Assembly (NCBI GenBank): GCA_024276825.1
Contig: JAJRWI010000053.1
Span: forward strand, 12,404 to 76,403
From: an archaeon
Lineage (GTDB): Archaea; Asgardarchaeota; Thorarchaeia; Thorarchaeales; Thorarchaeaceae
Length of the DNA: 64,000 nucleotides
Direction of reading: 5' to 3'
In this document: piece after piece, positions 47,642 through 58,021 of the stretch
How the letters are laid out: each line of letters begins with the position of its first letter
Position numbering within the stretch: the stretch's first letter is position 1
The notes under the pieces: generated by a model
Database searches by the model: none
The model's input: the letters and a program-made list of their open reading frames with translations, nothing else
Told to the model about the DNA's origin: nothing
Program-made: the position numbers and the translations under genes

Positions 47642-48463
47642 CTAATCATTAAAGATGTTCTCATCTCTATGGGGACATGTTATGCATCGTTGTTTGTACC
47701 ACAGATACACATCCTTTGGTTGCTTGTTAAGGTTGGCAGCCCTACTAGGGCATCTCCAGCATGGCTTTTCTGGCTGCATCCATGAGGTACTATATCGTGC
47801 CCATCTGTAGTCCTCAATGATAGACACTCCTGAACTCGTCCCCAGTCGATTGGCCCCTGCATCGATCATTATCAGAGCGTCCTTGAATGTTCTTATCCCA
47901 CCAGCAGCTTTCACACCCATGGTTGAACCCACGACCTCTCTCATCAATTTCACGTCATAGGGTGTGGCGCCCATTGGACCAAAACCTGTAGATGTCTTCA
48001 CAAAATGGGCACCGGCCTTCCTTGCAATCCGACATGCTTCTCGTTTCTGATCATCAATCAGCAGGCCAGTTTCAAGAATGACCTTGACATGGGCATCACC
48101 AGATGCTCGAACAACTGCCTCAATATCAGATTGCACAAGTTCAATATTGCCATCACGAAGAGCGCCAACATTCATCACCATATCAATCTCTTCCGCGCCT
48201 AGACGAACTGCCTCTTTGGCCTCAAATGCTTTTACCGAGGACAGGTTTGTACCTAGGGGGAATCCTACTACACAGCAGACCTTGACATCTGAGTTCTTCA
48301 ACAACTCTGCAGCATATTCAACATGAATAGAATTGATGCATACTGCTCCAAATTCATAGGTGAGTGCCTCTTCACATAACTGCTTGATTTTACTCCTCTT
48401 GGTATCGGCCTTGAGTGCTGTGTGATCAATCATCTTGGCAAGTTCTTCTACTGAGAGGGTCAT
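47642..48463 (-). CDS. deoC: Deoxyribose-phosphate aldolase with Cys-rich C-terminal extension
   Basis: IDHTAL, VVGFPLG, EIDMV, VKTSTGF, KAAGGIR, RLGTSS. Confidence 0.95.
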   Translation of the reverse strand: MTLSVEELAKMIDHTALKADTKRSKIKQLCEEALTYEFGAVCINSIHVEYAAELLKNSDVKVCCVVGFPLGTNLSSVKAFEAKEAVRLGAEEIDMVMNVGALRDGNIELVQSDIEAVVRASGDAHVKVILETGLLIDDQKREACRIARKAGAHFVKTSTGFGPMGATPYDVKLMREVVGSTMGVKAAGGIRTFKDALIMIDAGANRLGTSSGVSIIEDYRWARYSTSWMQPEKPCWRCPSRAANLNKQPKDVYLWYKQRCITCPHRDENIFND

Positions 48464-48497
48464 GGAAACATCTCCCTTCATAGAGAGATTAGAATAT

Positions 48498-48528
48498 CTT
48501 TCGAAGTCACTATTAATCCCTTCGAAAG
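48498..48528. promoter_or_regulatory. Inverted repeat CTTTCGAAG-N13-CTTCGAAAG flanking a TATA-like element (operator or terminator)
   Basis: Perfect 9-bp arms between the PRC-barrel stop and the deoC start. Confidence 0.55.
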
Positions 48529-48541
48529 CATACGGCCCTCA

Positions 48542-48877
48542 TTATCGATTGCCAAGATATGCACGAATGTCATCAAGGACCTCTTTCTGTAGACGGATGA
48601 CATCATGTACCTCGATTTCTTCTGCATCCTTAACAACTGTGGAGAGTTGCACAACAGTGCCAACTGCCTCAATCTTGTCAAAGTCAATTGGGAATTCCAC
48701 TTCGGCACCCTTTACTATCAGTTCTGATCTAAAAGGATGAAGAGAGATGCGAATACTTCTCACAATGCCGATTCGTCTCGCCCGGCTGTCCAGCACCTCT
48801 TTTCCAAGCAGACGTCCAGGCATGCTCAGTTCGTATAGTTCAGCTTCAATAGTGGGCATTGGTTCTACACTCGTCAT
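48542..48877 (-). CDS. PRC-barrel domain protein
   Basis: LLGKEVLDSRARRIGIV...IDFDKIEAVGTVVQL. Confidence 0.8.
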   Translation of the reverse strand: MTSVEPMPTIEAELYELSMPGRLLGKEVLDSRARRIGIVRSIRISLHPFRSELIVKGAEVEFPIDFDKIEAVGTVVQLSTVVKDAEEIEVHDVIRLQKEVLDDIRAYLGNR

Positions 48878-48979
48878 CGCTATTTACTCCTTGCATGTCA
48901 AATAGTGTAGATGATTATTATTATCAGTGTGTATTATGATGTGAAGAATAACAGTCTTTGATTAGTAAGAGGGAGCCAA

Positions 48980-51283
48980 ATGAAACAGAAATTTGTGAAT
49001 ATGCCACTGATTCGGGAGGAAAGCATTGTATACAGGGCATACCAGGTGAATCTAGCAGAGATAGCTAATGAGAAGGACACTCTGATAGTTTTGAGTACTG
49101 GCCTTGGAAAGACTGTCATAGCCGCACTTGTCGCTGCAAAACGGCTGACTGAATATCCAGACTCAAAGGTCCTTTTCTTGGCTCCCTCCAGGCCTCTTGT
49201 TGATCAGCAGGCAAGATTCCTTAGAAGGACCGTCAGTCTGAGTAAGAATGAAATCATCTGTCTAACTGGTCAGGACTCACCAGAAAAGAGAAGGGAACAA
49301 TGGAATCAAGCAAAGATTATTGTGATGACGCCGCAGGCACTTCAAAATGACCTGATTCAAGGCAGTTATGATTTGAGTGATGTGTCGTTGATTGTCTATG
49401 ATGAGGCGCATCGTGGTGTTGGGAACTATGCTTACACATTCATTGCAGAGATATATGAAAAGCAGGGGCTTCATCAACGAAGTCTTGGTTTGACCGCTTC
49501 ACCTGGTCATGATTCAGAACACATCAAAAGGGTATGTGGGAACCTGAAACTTGAAGCTGTGGAGGCAAGAACTGAGAAAAGTCCAGATGTAAAAGAGTAT
49601 ATTGTTTCAATTGACACTAATGTACAATATATCACTCTCACACCAGAGATTGAAACCCTCAGGGATCTGCTTTATTCATTATTAGAAGACTATCTCAATC
49701 CAATTCGAAAATACGGTTATTCTGTACCAAGCGGTCATCGATTAAGCAAGAGAGAGATATTGGAACTCCAAAGAAATGTAAGACGTGAGATTGGGAGTTA
49801 TACAAAACCACCCAGGCATCTTTATCTCATTATTCGGAACCTCACTGCCGCTCTTAGAATTGTACACCTCTTGGAGTTTATTGGTACACAAGGTCTCACG
49901 CCAACATTGAGGTATATTCAAGGGGTCTACGAGGAAATAAGAAACAAGAAGGGCTCAAAGGGAGTCAAAGACTTGGTATCGCGTGATGAGTTCAGGCAAT
50001 TTGAGAGGCTCTTAGAGGTACTCATCGAAAAGGGACACCGACATCCTAAGGCGGACCTGCTATTGGAGATAGTAAATGAACAGTTATCGATAGACCTAGA
50101 CTCTAGAATATTGATCTTCACAAGATTCCGTGATACTGCATCCGAGGTTGTTAGAACTTTGGAAACCCTGCCTGATGTAAGAGCCAGTCGTTTCATTGGT
50201 CAAAGTTCTAAGACTGGTGATAAGGGATTCAGTCAGAGAAAGCAAGTGAAGGTGCTTGATGGGTTCAGAAACAACGAATACAATGTTCTAGTGGCCACTC
50301 AGGTGGGAGAGGAGGGTCTCGATATTCCAGAGTGCAACCTAGTGATATTCTATGATTGTGTCCCATCGGTCGTGCCATATATTCAGCGGAGGGGGCGAAC
50401 TGGAAGACATGCACCTGGTAGAGTTGTGATTTTTGTGGCTAAGGACACACATGATGAGTTCTACCATTGGAGCGTGATTTCAAAGCTGAAAAGGATGCCC
50501 AAGGCCCTTGAGGAGGTTGGTGGAGATGAGAGAGAGCAGACTAGGCTAGATCATTTCATAGATCAAGAGGACACTCGAGAAGAGGCAGAGCTGGGTTCTG
50601 GGACAAGAGAAGAAAAGCAGGTCATGGGTAGTGAGAGCAGGATACAAATCATTGTGGATTCCAGGGAGTTGCCAACTGGTGTCCCGCGAGAGTTGGCCAA
50701 ACTGGATGTTAAAATAACTAGTGAGAGCCTTAATGTGGGAGACTATATCATTTCTGACGAGGTTGCAGTGGAGAGAAAAGAAACAGGGGATTTTGTGCAA
50801 TCATTGATTGATGGTCGCCTCTTTGGCCAATTGTCTGCCCTCAGATCAACCTATTTGCGGCCCGTGTTGATAATAGAAGGGGAGCAACTCGTAGGCCTTA
50901 GAGCCGTGAACCCTGCTTCAATCTACGGAGCTCTTGCATCTATTGCCATTCGACTCAGAATTCCGATACTGTGGACAAGAGATTCGAGGGAAACTGCAAA
51001 TGTGCTTTATCGTCTTGCACATCTTGAACAGATTAGTGAGAGAAGAATGCCACGTACAAGACCCACAGAGGGCAAGGCTACTGACGCAGAGACCTTAGAG
51101 TATATACTTGCAGGGTTTCCAGGTGTTGATACGGTCATATCGAGGGCATTATTGAATGAGTTTGGGACCTTAGGAAGAGTCTTTAATGCTTCAGTTAAAG
51201 AACTACAAAAAGTAAAAGGGGTCGGGCCGAAGATTGCTGGTCGAATCAAGAGGTTGCTAGAAACTGAGTACCGCTTAGGTTGA
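48980..51283 (+). CDS. hef: Hef (FANCM/Mph1-type helicase + XPF/ERCC4 nuclease + HhH)
   Basis: STGLGKT, DEAHR, LTASPG, QRRGRTGR; VDSRE, GDY, VERK, DGRL; KGVGPK. Confidence 0.95.
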   Translation: MKQKFVNMPLIREESIVYRAYQVNLAEIANEKDTLIVLSTGLGKTVIAALVAAKRLTEYPDSKVLFLAPSRPLVDQQARFLRRTVSLSKNEIICLTGQDSPEKRREQWNQAKIIVMTPQALQNDLIQGSYDLSDVSLIVYDEAHRGVGNYAYTFIAEIYEKQGLHQRSLGLTASPGHDSEHIKRVCGNLKLEAVEARTEKSPDVKEYIVSIDTNVQYITLTPEIETLRDLLYSLLEDYLNPIRKYGYSVPSGHRLSKREILELQRNVRREIGSYTKPPRHLYLIIRNLTAALRIVHLLEFIGTQGLTPTLRYIQGVYEEIRNKKGSKGVKDLVSRDEFRQFERLLEVLIEKGHRHPKADLLLEIVNEQLSIDLDSRILIFTRFRDTASEVVRTLETLPDVRASRFIGQSSKTGDKGFSQRKQVKVLDGFRNNEYNVLVATQVGEEGLDIPECNLVIFYDCVPSVVPYIQRRGRTGRHAPGRVVIFVAKDTHDEFYHWSVISKLKRMPKALEEVGGDEREQTRLDHFIDQEDTREEAELGSGTREEKQVMGSESRIQIIVDSRELPTGVPRELAKLDVKITSESLNVGDYIISDEVAVERKETGDFVQSLIDGRLFGQLSALRSTYLRPVLIIEGEQLVGLRAVNPASIYGALASIAIRLRIPILWTRDSRETANVLYRLAHLEQISERRMPRTRPTEGKATDAETLEYILAGFPGVDTVISRALLNEFGTLGRVFNASVKELQKVKGVGPKIAGRIKRLLETEYRLG

Positions 51284-51288
51284 TTCAG

Positions 51289-52008
51289 TTAGTAGACCTC
51301 TGGATTGGCACCACGACCTGTTTGAAAGGCCTTTCGAAAACGTTCAATTATCTCACGGTCGAGTTCTAGGTAGCGGCTATAATCTGTGTTATCAAGGGTT
51401 ATTATGCTGAGAATCTTGAGGAGAATCATGTACAGTGCGGGGTCAATCTGATCTGCCTTATTCAATATCTTCTTTGCTCGATCGCGTCCTTTTTTCAATA
51501 GATTGTCTCTTTCTACATATTGTTCAGCAAGTTTTACCATTTCTTCATAATTAGAGATCTCAAAACCTAATATTCTGAGTGTCTTCACTAGGTCAAGACT
51601 CTGCTCAATGTCCTTTGGTGGGCGTTCGGGTAGATCTTCCATGCTACCTGTTGCAATAAAGATGGACTCAGCTGTTGCACGCCATAGCTTTTGCATTATG
51701 TGCGTATCACCATTTCCAGCAGGAGCAAATCCATCTTGTCGAATTAGGCCGCTCTGTTCTAGCATCTTCAAATGATAACGCACTGTTTGAGGTTTGACCT
51801 CTTTTGATGACCCTTGACGACCTAGGAACTCACAGATCTCTGATGTTGACATTGTCCGTGCTCTGAGTGCATGTAGAATCTGTCTTCGACTTTCATCATT
51901 GAGAGCCCTCACAGCTTCTACAGCCTTTGCGCCAGTTAGTATCAACACAGCATCCACGGCGTGACCCCCTAGGTTCGACAGCCCATCATTGTCTATTCCT
52001 GCAATCAT
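51289..52008 (-). CDS. ArsR-like winged-helix transcription regulator with C-terminal helical domain
   Basis: ALNDESRRQILHAL...QTVRYHLKMLEQSGLI. Confidence 0.8.
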   Translation of the reverse strand: MIAGIDNDGLSNLGGHAVDAVLILTGAKAVEAVRALNDESRRQILHALRARTMSTSEICEFLGRQGSSKEVKPQTVRYHLKMLEQSGLIRQDGFAPAGNGDTHIMQKLWRATAESIFIATGSMEDLPERPPKDIEQSLDLVKTLRILGFEISNYEEMVKLAEQYVERDNLLKKGRDRAKKILNKADQIDPALYMILLKILSIITLDNTDYSRYLELDREIIERFRKAFQTGRGANPEVY

Positions 52009-52067
52009 GGACTTCGCCTAGTATCGTTAGATAATGTGAGAATCACTCACGAATATATCCCAAGCTA

Positions 52068-52313
52068 TTAGGCTGGGACATAGATCCATTGACGCATATC
52101 TTGCAAGCAAGGCACGCGTTTGATCAATTTCTTCTTCAGGAGCTTCCTAAGTGCATAACGGACTGTTCTAGGGGCGAAAGACACCTTGTCTAAGAGTTGC
52201 TTGGGTGTGACTCCATCTCTGCCGCTGCTGCGGAGGATGTCCAGCACAATCATCTGGCTCTTTGTTAGTTTCATGTCCTTTAGCTCTTGAGCAAGTTCCT
52301 CGTCTGACATCAT
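52068..52313 (-). CDS. Small basic winged-HTH protein (MarR/Lrs14-like)
   Basis: LTKSQMIVLDIL...RTVRYALRKL...DMRQWIY. Confidence 0.8.
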   Translation of the reverse strand: MMSDEELAQELKDMKLTKSQMIVLDILRSSGRDGVTPKQLLDKVSFAPRTVRYALRKLLKKKLIKRVPCLQDMRQWIYVPA

Positions 52314-52537
52314 TTTTTTATCACCTACTTTTTGTCATTGCGATGGCCCGAGGCAGCATCACAACATCCTGGTTTTATTTAATATTAAACTATATAAATC
52401 TATCGCAGTTCATTGTTGTTATGTCGCAGTCTTCCACCGCGCCATGTGCAAAAATGAGTAATAATGAATATTAGTGCGGATTCACAATGGAGTCAAACTC
52501 ATATTGGTCATTATCCTCTGATTACATGGGACTTATC

Positions 52538-53818
52538 ATGAAAAAAGCAGCAATATTGGCCGCAGGCGATTCAACCCGAATGTTGCCACTATCGGCATAT
52601 TACCCAAAACACCTACTCCCCGCAGGAGGGCGTCCGCTCATATTTCACACCTTATTGGGATTACAGAAGGCGGGAATAAGTGAGGTCTTGATTGTCTATG
52701 GATATCATGCTAACAAGCTCAAAGAAGCCATTGATAGTAAAGACTGGGGCAAAATGAGTATTAGTTATACCTTTCAAAAGGAGAGAAGAGGAACCGCACA
52801 TGCTGCTGGATATGCAAGGGATTTTGCTGGCGGCGACCCAATTCTGTTAGTCTATGGAGATGTTATGACTGATGGTGGTGCCATCTCAGACTTGATTGTG
52901 TTTCATAATAAAGGCTCATTTGACTTGACTATGTCAGTATATCCAGTAAGCAGTCCTTCCAATTTTGGGATCGTCAAAGTGGAAAATGATATGGCCATTG
53001 ATCTAATAGAGAAGCCCAGTCCAGATCTAAATGTTGGGAACTTGGCAAACGCGGGGATATATTGTGTCACGGATGAGTTATGGGATGCAATTGATAGAAC
53101 AGTGGTTTCCAAGAGGGGAGAATTGGAGATAACAGACTCCATAATGATGCTAATCAAGAGAGGACGTGTTGGCGCCTTCACAATTCCTACTTGGTGGGTA
53201 GATGTTGGTAGGCCATGGGACCTGCTTGAAGTGAACCGGTTAATTCTGGAGAATCAGCAGCGAAGAATAGAGGGAGAGGTTGAGGAAGGGGCCGTGATTA
53301 AGGGCAATGTGGTAGTAGAGGCAGGGGCTATTATCCGAAGTGGTGCATATATTCAGGGACCTGTATATATTGGGGAGGGCTCGGTGGTTGGTCCAAACTG
53401 CTATATCAGGCCACATACATATCTCGTCAGGGGAGTAAAAGTCGGTAATGCAGTGGAAGTGAAAAACTCCATAGTAATGGAGGAGTCCAGCATAGGGCAC
53501 CTGTCATACGTCGGTGACTCCATAATAGGCAAGAAGGTCAACTTTGGGGCAGGCACAATAACAGCAAATCTACGCCACGATAATAGATCAATACTTGTCA
53601 CTGTGAAGGGTCGAAGGGAGAATACGGGGAGACGCAAAATGGGGGCAGTCATCGGGGACAATGTGAAGACGGGAATTGGAACTCTTCTGTCGCCAGGGGT
53701 AGTGGTATATAATGACTCAAGAACGGGTGTTGGTGTGATAGTTGATCGCGATATCCCCCCTCATAGATTGGTTTTAAGTGTGCAGCAAAAGAGGACCGTC
53801 GACCTTGGCGTCGACTGA
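52538..53818 (+). CDS. glmU: Bifunctional sugar-1-phosphate nucleotidylyltransferase/acetyltransferase (archaeal GlmU-type)
   Basis: ILAAGDSTRMLPL, EKP, DVGRPWDLL, hexapeptide repeats, HLSYVGDS, ANLRHD. Confidence 0.88.
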   Translation: MKKAAILAAGDSTRMLPLSAYYPKHLLPAGGRPLIFHTLLGLQKAGISEVLIVYGYHANKLKEAIDSKDWGKMSISYTFQKERRGTAHAAGYARDFAGGDPILLVYGDVMTDGGAISDLIVFHNKGSFDLTMSVYPVSSPSNFGIVKVENDMAIDLIEKPSPDLNVGNLANAGIYCVTDELWDAIDRTVVSKRGELEITDSIMMLIKRGRVGAFTIPTWWVDVGRPWDLLEVNRLILENQQRRIEGEVEEGAVIKGNVVVEAGAIIRSGAYIQGPVYIGEGSVVGPNCYIRPHTYLVRGVKVGNAVEVKNSIVMEESSIGHLSYVGDSIIGKKVNFGAGTITANLRHDNRSILVTVKGRRENTGRRKMGAVIGDNVKTGIGTLLSPGVVVYNDSRTGVGVIVDRDIPPHRLVLSVQQKRTVDLGVD

Positions 53819-55373
53819 CCTTGGTGAGTGTAGGATCTTGTCACCAGAGTTATTGCAGGAATTGAATGCAGTGATCAAGGACATCCGTTCAGTGGATGTT
53901 CTCTTTGGTTATTGTTATCCATCGACATATAGAGCAGGCATGACGGGTCTAGCCACCCATCTTTTCTACTGCACCATTAATCAGAGAGATGACACTTCAT
54001 GTGAGAGATACTTCAGGTATGACACGGCATCCCCCATTCATTCAGTTGAGTCGGGACGAGAGTTGCGGAAGAACCACATAATTGGGTTTTCACTGACTTA
54101 TGAGGAAGACATTATTGGCGTTCTGCAGATGTTAGAAACAGGGTCAATCAAGATTAATGCCAAGGAAAGGACAGAGAATGACCCCATTGTGATCATGGGT
54201 GGGCCAGTTGTGAGTGCCAATCCCGAGCCATATGTTGATTTTATTGATGCTTTTGTCATAGGCGAAGGCGACTACGTCATTCATTCAATCATTGATTCTG
54301 TAGCGAATGCCAAATCGCGCCAACTGGCACTTGATGACATTTCTGATATCAAAGGGGTCTATGTTCCATCAAGAGAACCAGAAATCGTTGAACGTGTATA
54401 TGTGAGAGATCTGAACAGTGTGGAGCATCCAATACAGCAAATAGTTCCAGATGTGCCGGAGGGGTCGGTTCTGGAACCGGTGTTTGGAAGGTCATTTCTT
54501 GTCGAGGTTGCGAGAGGTTGTGGACACGCCTGCAAGTTTTGTCTCGTTGGGCATATATGTAGACCAAGACGAGTGAGGTCGCTGGGTAGGCTGAAAGAGA
54601 TTGTCAGAGAGGGAGTGAGGGCCACACAAGTCAATAAGATATCACTCATAGCATCATCACTTGGCGACCTTGATGGATTAGAAGAGTTTGCAGAGTGGAT
54701 TGTAAATCAGGGACTTCAGTTGTCTGTACCATCATTACGAGCAGATTCGGTCACTGAGGAACTCTTAGTAACATTAATTCAAGGCGGGCAGAGAACCCTG
54801 ACGATTGCACCTGAAACTGGGACGGATTTGCTGAGAGCAACAGTTGGGAAGGGATTAGACAATGAGGACATCCTGAGGACATCTAAGTTAGCTGTAAGAG
54901 TGGGTTACAGGTCATTGAAGTTATACTATATAATCGGACTGCCTGATGAGACAGATGAGGATGTCAGAGCAATTGCTGAACAGGTGAGGGAGATTGCCAA
55001 GGTCACAGGACTTCGTGTGATTGTAAGTGTGAATCCATTCATCCCAAAGGCCCACACTCGATACGAACGCATCGCACAGCCACCCATTGAAGAGATTAGA
55101 GAGAAGATGAAGATTGTCAGTTCAGGCCTACATAATGTGCCTCGGACACGGATTGAGAGTCTTGATCCAAGAAGGGCACGGATTCAGGCATCCCTCTCTC
55201 TAGCAGACAGACGAATAGGTCCAGTGATTGAGATTGCGGCTAAGCATGGTGGCCTTGCAGGGTGGAGGAGAGCAGAGAAGAAAACGGGGATTGCCTTCTT
55301 CTCAATAGCAAATGATCAAGACAGGTTAGAGGGAGAATTGCCATGGAAATTCATCAAAATGAACCCAAGATGA
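53778..55373 (+). CDS. B12-binding-type radical SAM protein (COG1032-like); true start probably slightly downstream
   Basis: YPSTYRAGM, GGP...NPEP, GEG, EVARGCGHACKFC, SLRAD, APETG. Confidence 0.85.
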   Translation: MCSKRGPSTLASTDLGECRILSPELLQELNAVIKDIRSVDVLFGYCYPSTYRAGMTGLATHLFYCTINQRDDTSCERYFRYDTASPIHSVESGRELRKNHIIGFSLTYEEDIIGVLQMLETGSIKINAKERTENDPIVIMGGPVVSANPEPYVDFIDAFVIGEGDYVIHSIIDSVANAKSRQLALDDISDIKGVYVPSREPEIVERVYVRDLNSVEHPIQQIVPDVPEGSVLEPVFGRSFLVEVARGCGHACKFCLVGHICRPRRVRSLGRLKEIVREGVRATQVNKISLIASSLGDLDGLEEFAEWIVNQGLQLSVPSLRADSVTEELLVTLIQGGQRTLTIAPETGTDLLRATVGKGLDNEDILRTSKLAVRVGYRSLKLYYIIGLPDETDEDVRAIAEQVREIAKVTGLRVIVSVNPFIPKAHTRYERIAQPPIEEIREKMKIVSSGLHNVPRTRIESLDPRRARIQASLSLADRRIGPVIEIAAKHGGLAGWRRAEKKTGIAFFSIANDQDRLEGELPWKFIKMNPR

Positions 55374-55457
55374 GATGAATAATCCATTACGCTTAGGATT
55401 ATAAGGCATAAATTCGAGATATGAGTGAATACGGAAATACATTGATGCCATAATCTG

Positions 55458-55805
55458 GTGATAGCAATGTCTAACCATCGAGAGTTCAGAGATCTCTTTC
55501 CGGCTCTTTCAGAGGAGCTGGAGAATGATGGCACTCAAAAACTCAAAATTGACGGTGTTCGTACTATGGAAGAAGAGTCTGAACAACCCCAAACCCATTT
55601 CGTACCCAGTGTGATTGATTATATCAGGCGTTGTGACACTGAGGAACAGGCTGTTGAAATCGTCGACTATCTTTTAAAACGGGGCGAGATCACACGAAAG
55701 GAAGCAAGGGCAATCAAGACACAATTGCGCACACAAGGCCTGAGAAGCTTTGGCAGCAAGAAGGAGAGAGATCACTATCTTCACCATGGCATCGGCAGTG
55801 ATTGA
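55458..55805 (+). CDS. DUF2095 family protein
   Basis: FPALSEELE, PSVIDYIRRCDTEEQAVEIVDYL..RGEI, GLRSFGSKK. Confidence 0.82.
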   Translation: MIAMSNHREFRDLFPALSEELENDGTQKLKIDGVRTMEEESEQPQTHFVPSVIDYIRRCDTEEQAVEIVDYLLKRGEITRKEARAIKTQLRTQGLRSFGSKKERDHYLHHGIGSD

Positions 55806-55966
55806 TCATTTCAAATTGATTGCTCCAGTGACTAATGTGGTTCTTTGTCACTTTATTATGCAATATAGCATGTTACAGGGATTATTAAGAACGGCGTTTT
55901 GTGTGCCAAATTAGGCTGATCTTGACCACTTCTGAGAATTACCGAGTCTTACAATATGAAGACCTA

Positions 55967-57367
55967 TCACTTTGGACTGTAGACTCCTCTCTCCTTTGCC
56001 CATGCAATTGTTGAAGGGTCGCATCTTTTCAATTCTCGCTCTGGAAACGCACTCAATAAGTTCCAGCCAATATCTAGGGTCTGCTCAAATGACCGGTCCT
56101 CATATTCTCCCTGATTGATGAATTCCTGTTCGAACTTATCTGCAAATTTGAGATACTTCTGGTCACGTTCGGTCAATGCTTCAGACCCAACAACAGCAAC
56201 CAAGTCACGAAGGTCTCGCCCTTCAGAGTAAGCATAGTATAATTGTGCTTGAATCTCCTTGTGGTCGAAACGGGTCATACCCTCACCAATCCCTTCTTTC
56301 ATCAGTCTGCTCAGGGATGGTCCAGGGTCAATAGGAGGATAGATACCGCGCCTATGAAGTCCTCTCGATACAATCATCTGACCTTCAGTGATATAGCCTG
56401 AGAGGTCAGGAATGGGATGGGTCATGTCATCCTGAGGCATGGACAGGATTGGCATCTGAGTGATTGTGCCCCTTCGACCCTTGATACGACCAGCCCGCTC
56501 ATAGATTAAGCTCAGGTCTGTATATAGATAGCCTTGGTAACCTCTACGGCCAGGAACCTCCGAGCGTGCGGCACTAATCTCTCGCAGTGCTTCTGCATAA
56601 TTTGTCATGTCAGTGAGAATGACCAGTACGTGCATATCTGACTCGTAAGCGAGATATTCAGCAGCAGTAAGGGCAGCCCTTGGGGTGATAATTCTCTCAA
56701 TTGCAGGGTCGTTTGCCAGATTTAGAAACAGTGCAGTGTGTTCGAGAGCACCTGTTTCCTCAAAGGAGTTCATAAAGTATTGTGCCTCAGTTGCGGTTAT
56801 GCCCATAGCACCAAACACAATTGCAAAGTCACCCTCCTCACCAGGAATCTTGGCCTGTCTGACAATCTGTGCAGCAACTCGATTATGTGGTAGGCCAGAA
56901 CCAGAAAAGATTGGGAGCTTTTGGCCTCTCACAAGAGTGTTAAGACCGTCAATTACAGAGAGACCTGTCTGAATGGGCTGGCGGGGATATTGACGAGCAT
57001 AGGGGTTGATGGGGGATCCATAGATGTCCCAGTGATCCTCAGCAGTCAATGGAGGACCTTTATCTAAGGGACGCCCAGAACCATCAAGTACTCGTCCTAG
57101 GATCTCAGTTGAAACTGGCAGTTTCAGTGTTTCACCAGTAAACCTAATAGATGTCAGGTCGGTATCAAGACCACTTGTGCCTTCAAAAACCTGAATAATA
57201 GCGCGACCGCGGCCTGTTTCTAGAACTGTTCCCGTGAGGGTATCGCCAGAGGGGGAATGAATGCGTACAACCTCGTTATATGCAACATTGTGAGTGTTTT
57301 CGATAATAAGAAGTGGGCCACGAACATCGGTTACCGTTCTATATACTATTGATGATTCTCTTGACAT
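55967..57367 (-). CDS. atpB: A/V-type ATP synthase subunit B
   Basis: [39 protein letters not shown]. Confidence 0.97.
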   Translation of the reverse strand: MSRESSIVYRTVTDVRGPLLIIENTHNVAYNEVVRIHSPSGDTLTGTVLETGRGRAIIQVFEGTSGLDTDLTSIRFTGETLKLPVSTEILGRVLDGSGRPLDKGPPLTAEDHWDIYGSPINPYARQYPRQPIQTGLSVIDGLNTLVRGQKLPIFSGSGLPHNRVAAQIVRQAKIPGEEGDFAIVFGAMGITATEAQYFMNSFEETGALEHTALFLNLANDPAIERIITPRAALTAAEYLAYESDMHVLVILTDMTNYAEALREISAARSEVPGRRGYQGYLYTDLSLIYERAGRIKGRRGTITQMPILSMPQDDMTHPIPDLSGYITEGQMIVSRGLHRRGIYPPIDPGPSLSRLMKEGIGEGMTRFDHKEIQAQLYYAYSEGRDLRDLVAVVGSEALTERDQKYLKFADKFEQEFINQGEYEDRSFEQTLDIGWNLLSAFPERELKRCDPSTIAWAKERGVYSPK

Positions 57368-57457
57368 GGCAAAGACCGCCAACAACTGACCTTTTGGTCT
57401 GGTTTTGAAATTAAAGGAGGGTCTTGTTAAAAGAATTACGACCGAGTCAATTAGGAG

Positions 57458-57940
57458 CTAAATCAGTGTTGTGATGTAAAAAAAGCTCATGACAGGGAAC
57501 ATCATTAATGAACGTACAATTAGAGATTGGCCACGTGTTTTCAACTCGTTTGATGACGGCACGAAATATAATATCGCACCAGCTAATAATCCAACATACA
57601 TTAACATATCGCCGAGCAGGATTAGGGTGCCAATAAAGTCGGACTCACTCATGTTGAAGAGAGCATTCCAGATATTCATTGCACTCTCAACTGTGGGAGC
57701 AGTGGCCCCATATCGTTGTGCCAATTGACTGATTACGAATGGTCCAACAAAGTAGATGATGACGCCTATCGTGATCAGTGTTTTTGCAAACCCATCATTC
57801 AGTCCTGTCATATATATCATGAACCCTATTAGGATGAATAGCAGATAGCCTTTGATGACAAGTGCAAATAATAGACTTAACACTATACTGATGCTTTCCA
57901 ACCATGCAGTAAATGGCAGGTTGTCAAATTGCAACATCAT
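57458..57940 (-). CDS. Four-TM membrane protein with two helical-hairpin repeats resembling VirB2/TrbC/CedA pilins
   Basis: Repeats ILIGFMIYMTG..FAKTLITIGVII and LLAGAILYFVP..LKTRGQSLIVRSL. Confidence 0.45.
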   Translation of the reverse strand: MMLQFDNLPFTAWLESISIVLSLLFALVIKGYLLFILIGFMIYMTGLNDGFAKTLITIGVIIYFVGPFVISQLAQRYGATAPTVESAMNIWNALFNMSESDFIGTLILLGDMLMYVGLLAGAILYFVPSSNELKTRGQSLIVRSLMMFPVMSFFYITTLI

Positions 57941-58021
57941 CAATATTTGAATGGCATGGTGGAGCAAGATGATCACATATTTTAATTGCAAGATGCCAAT
58001 TTAACCGCCACATAAATCGAG

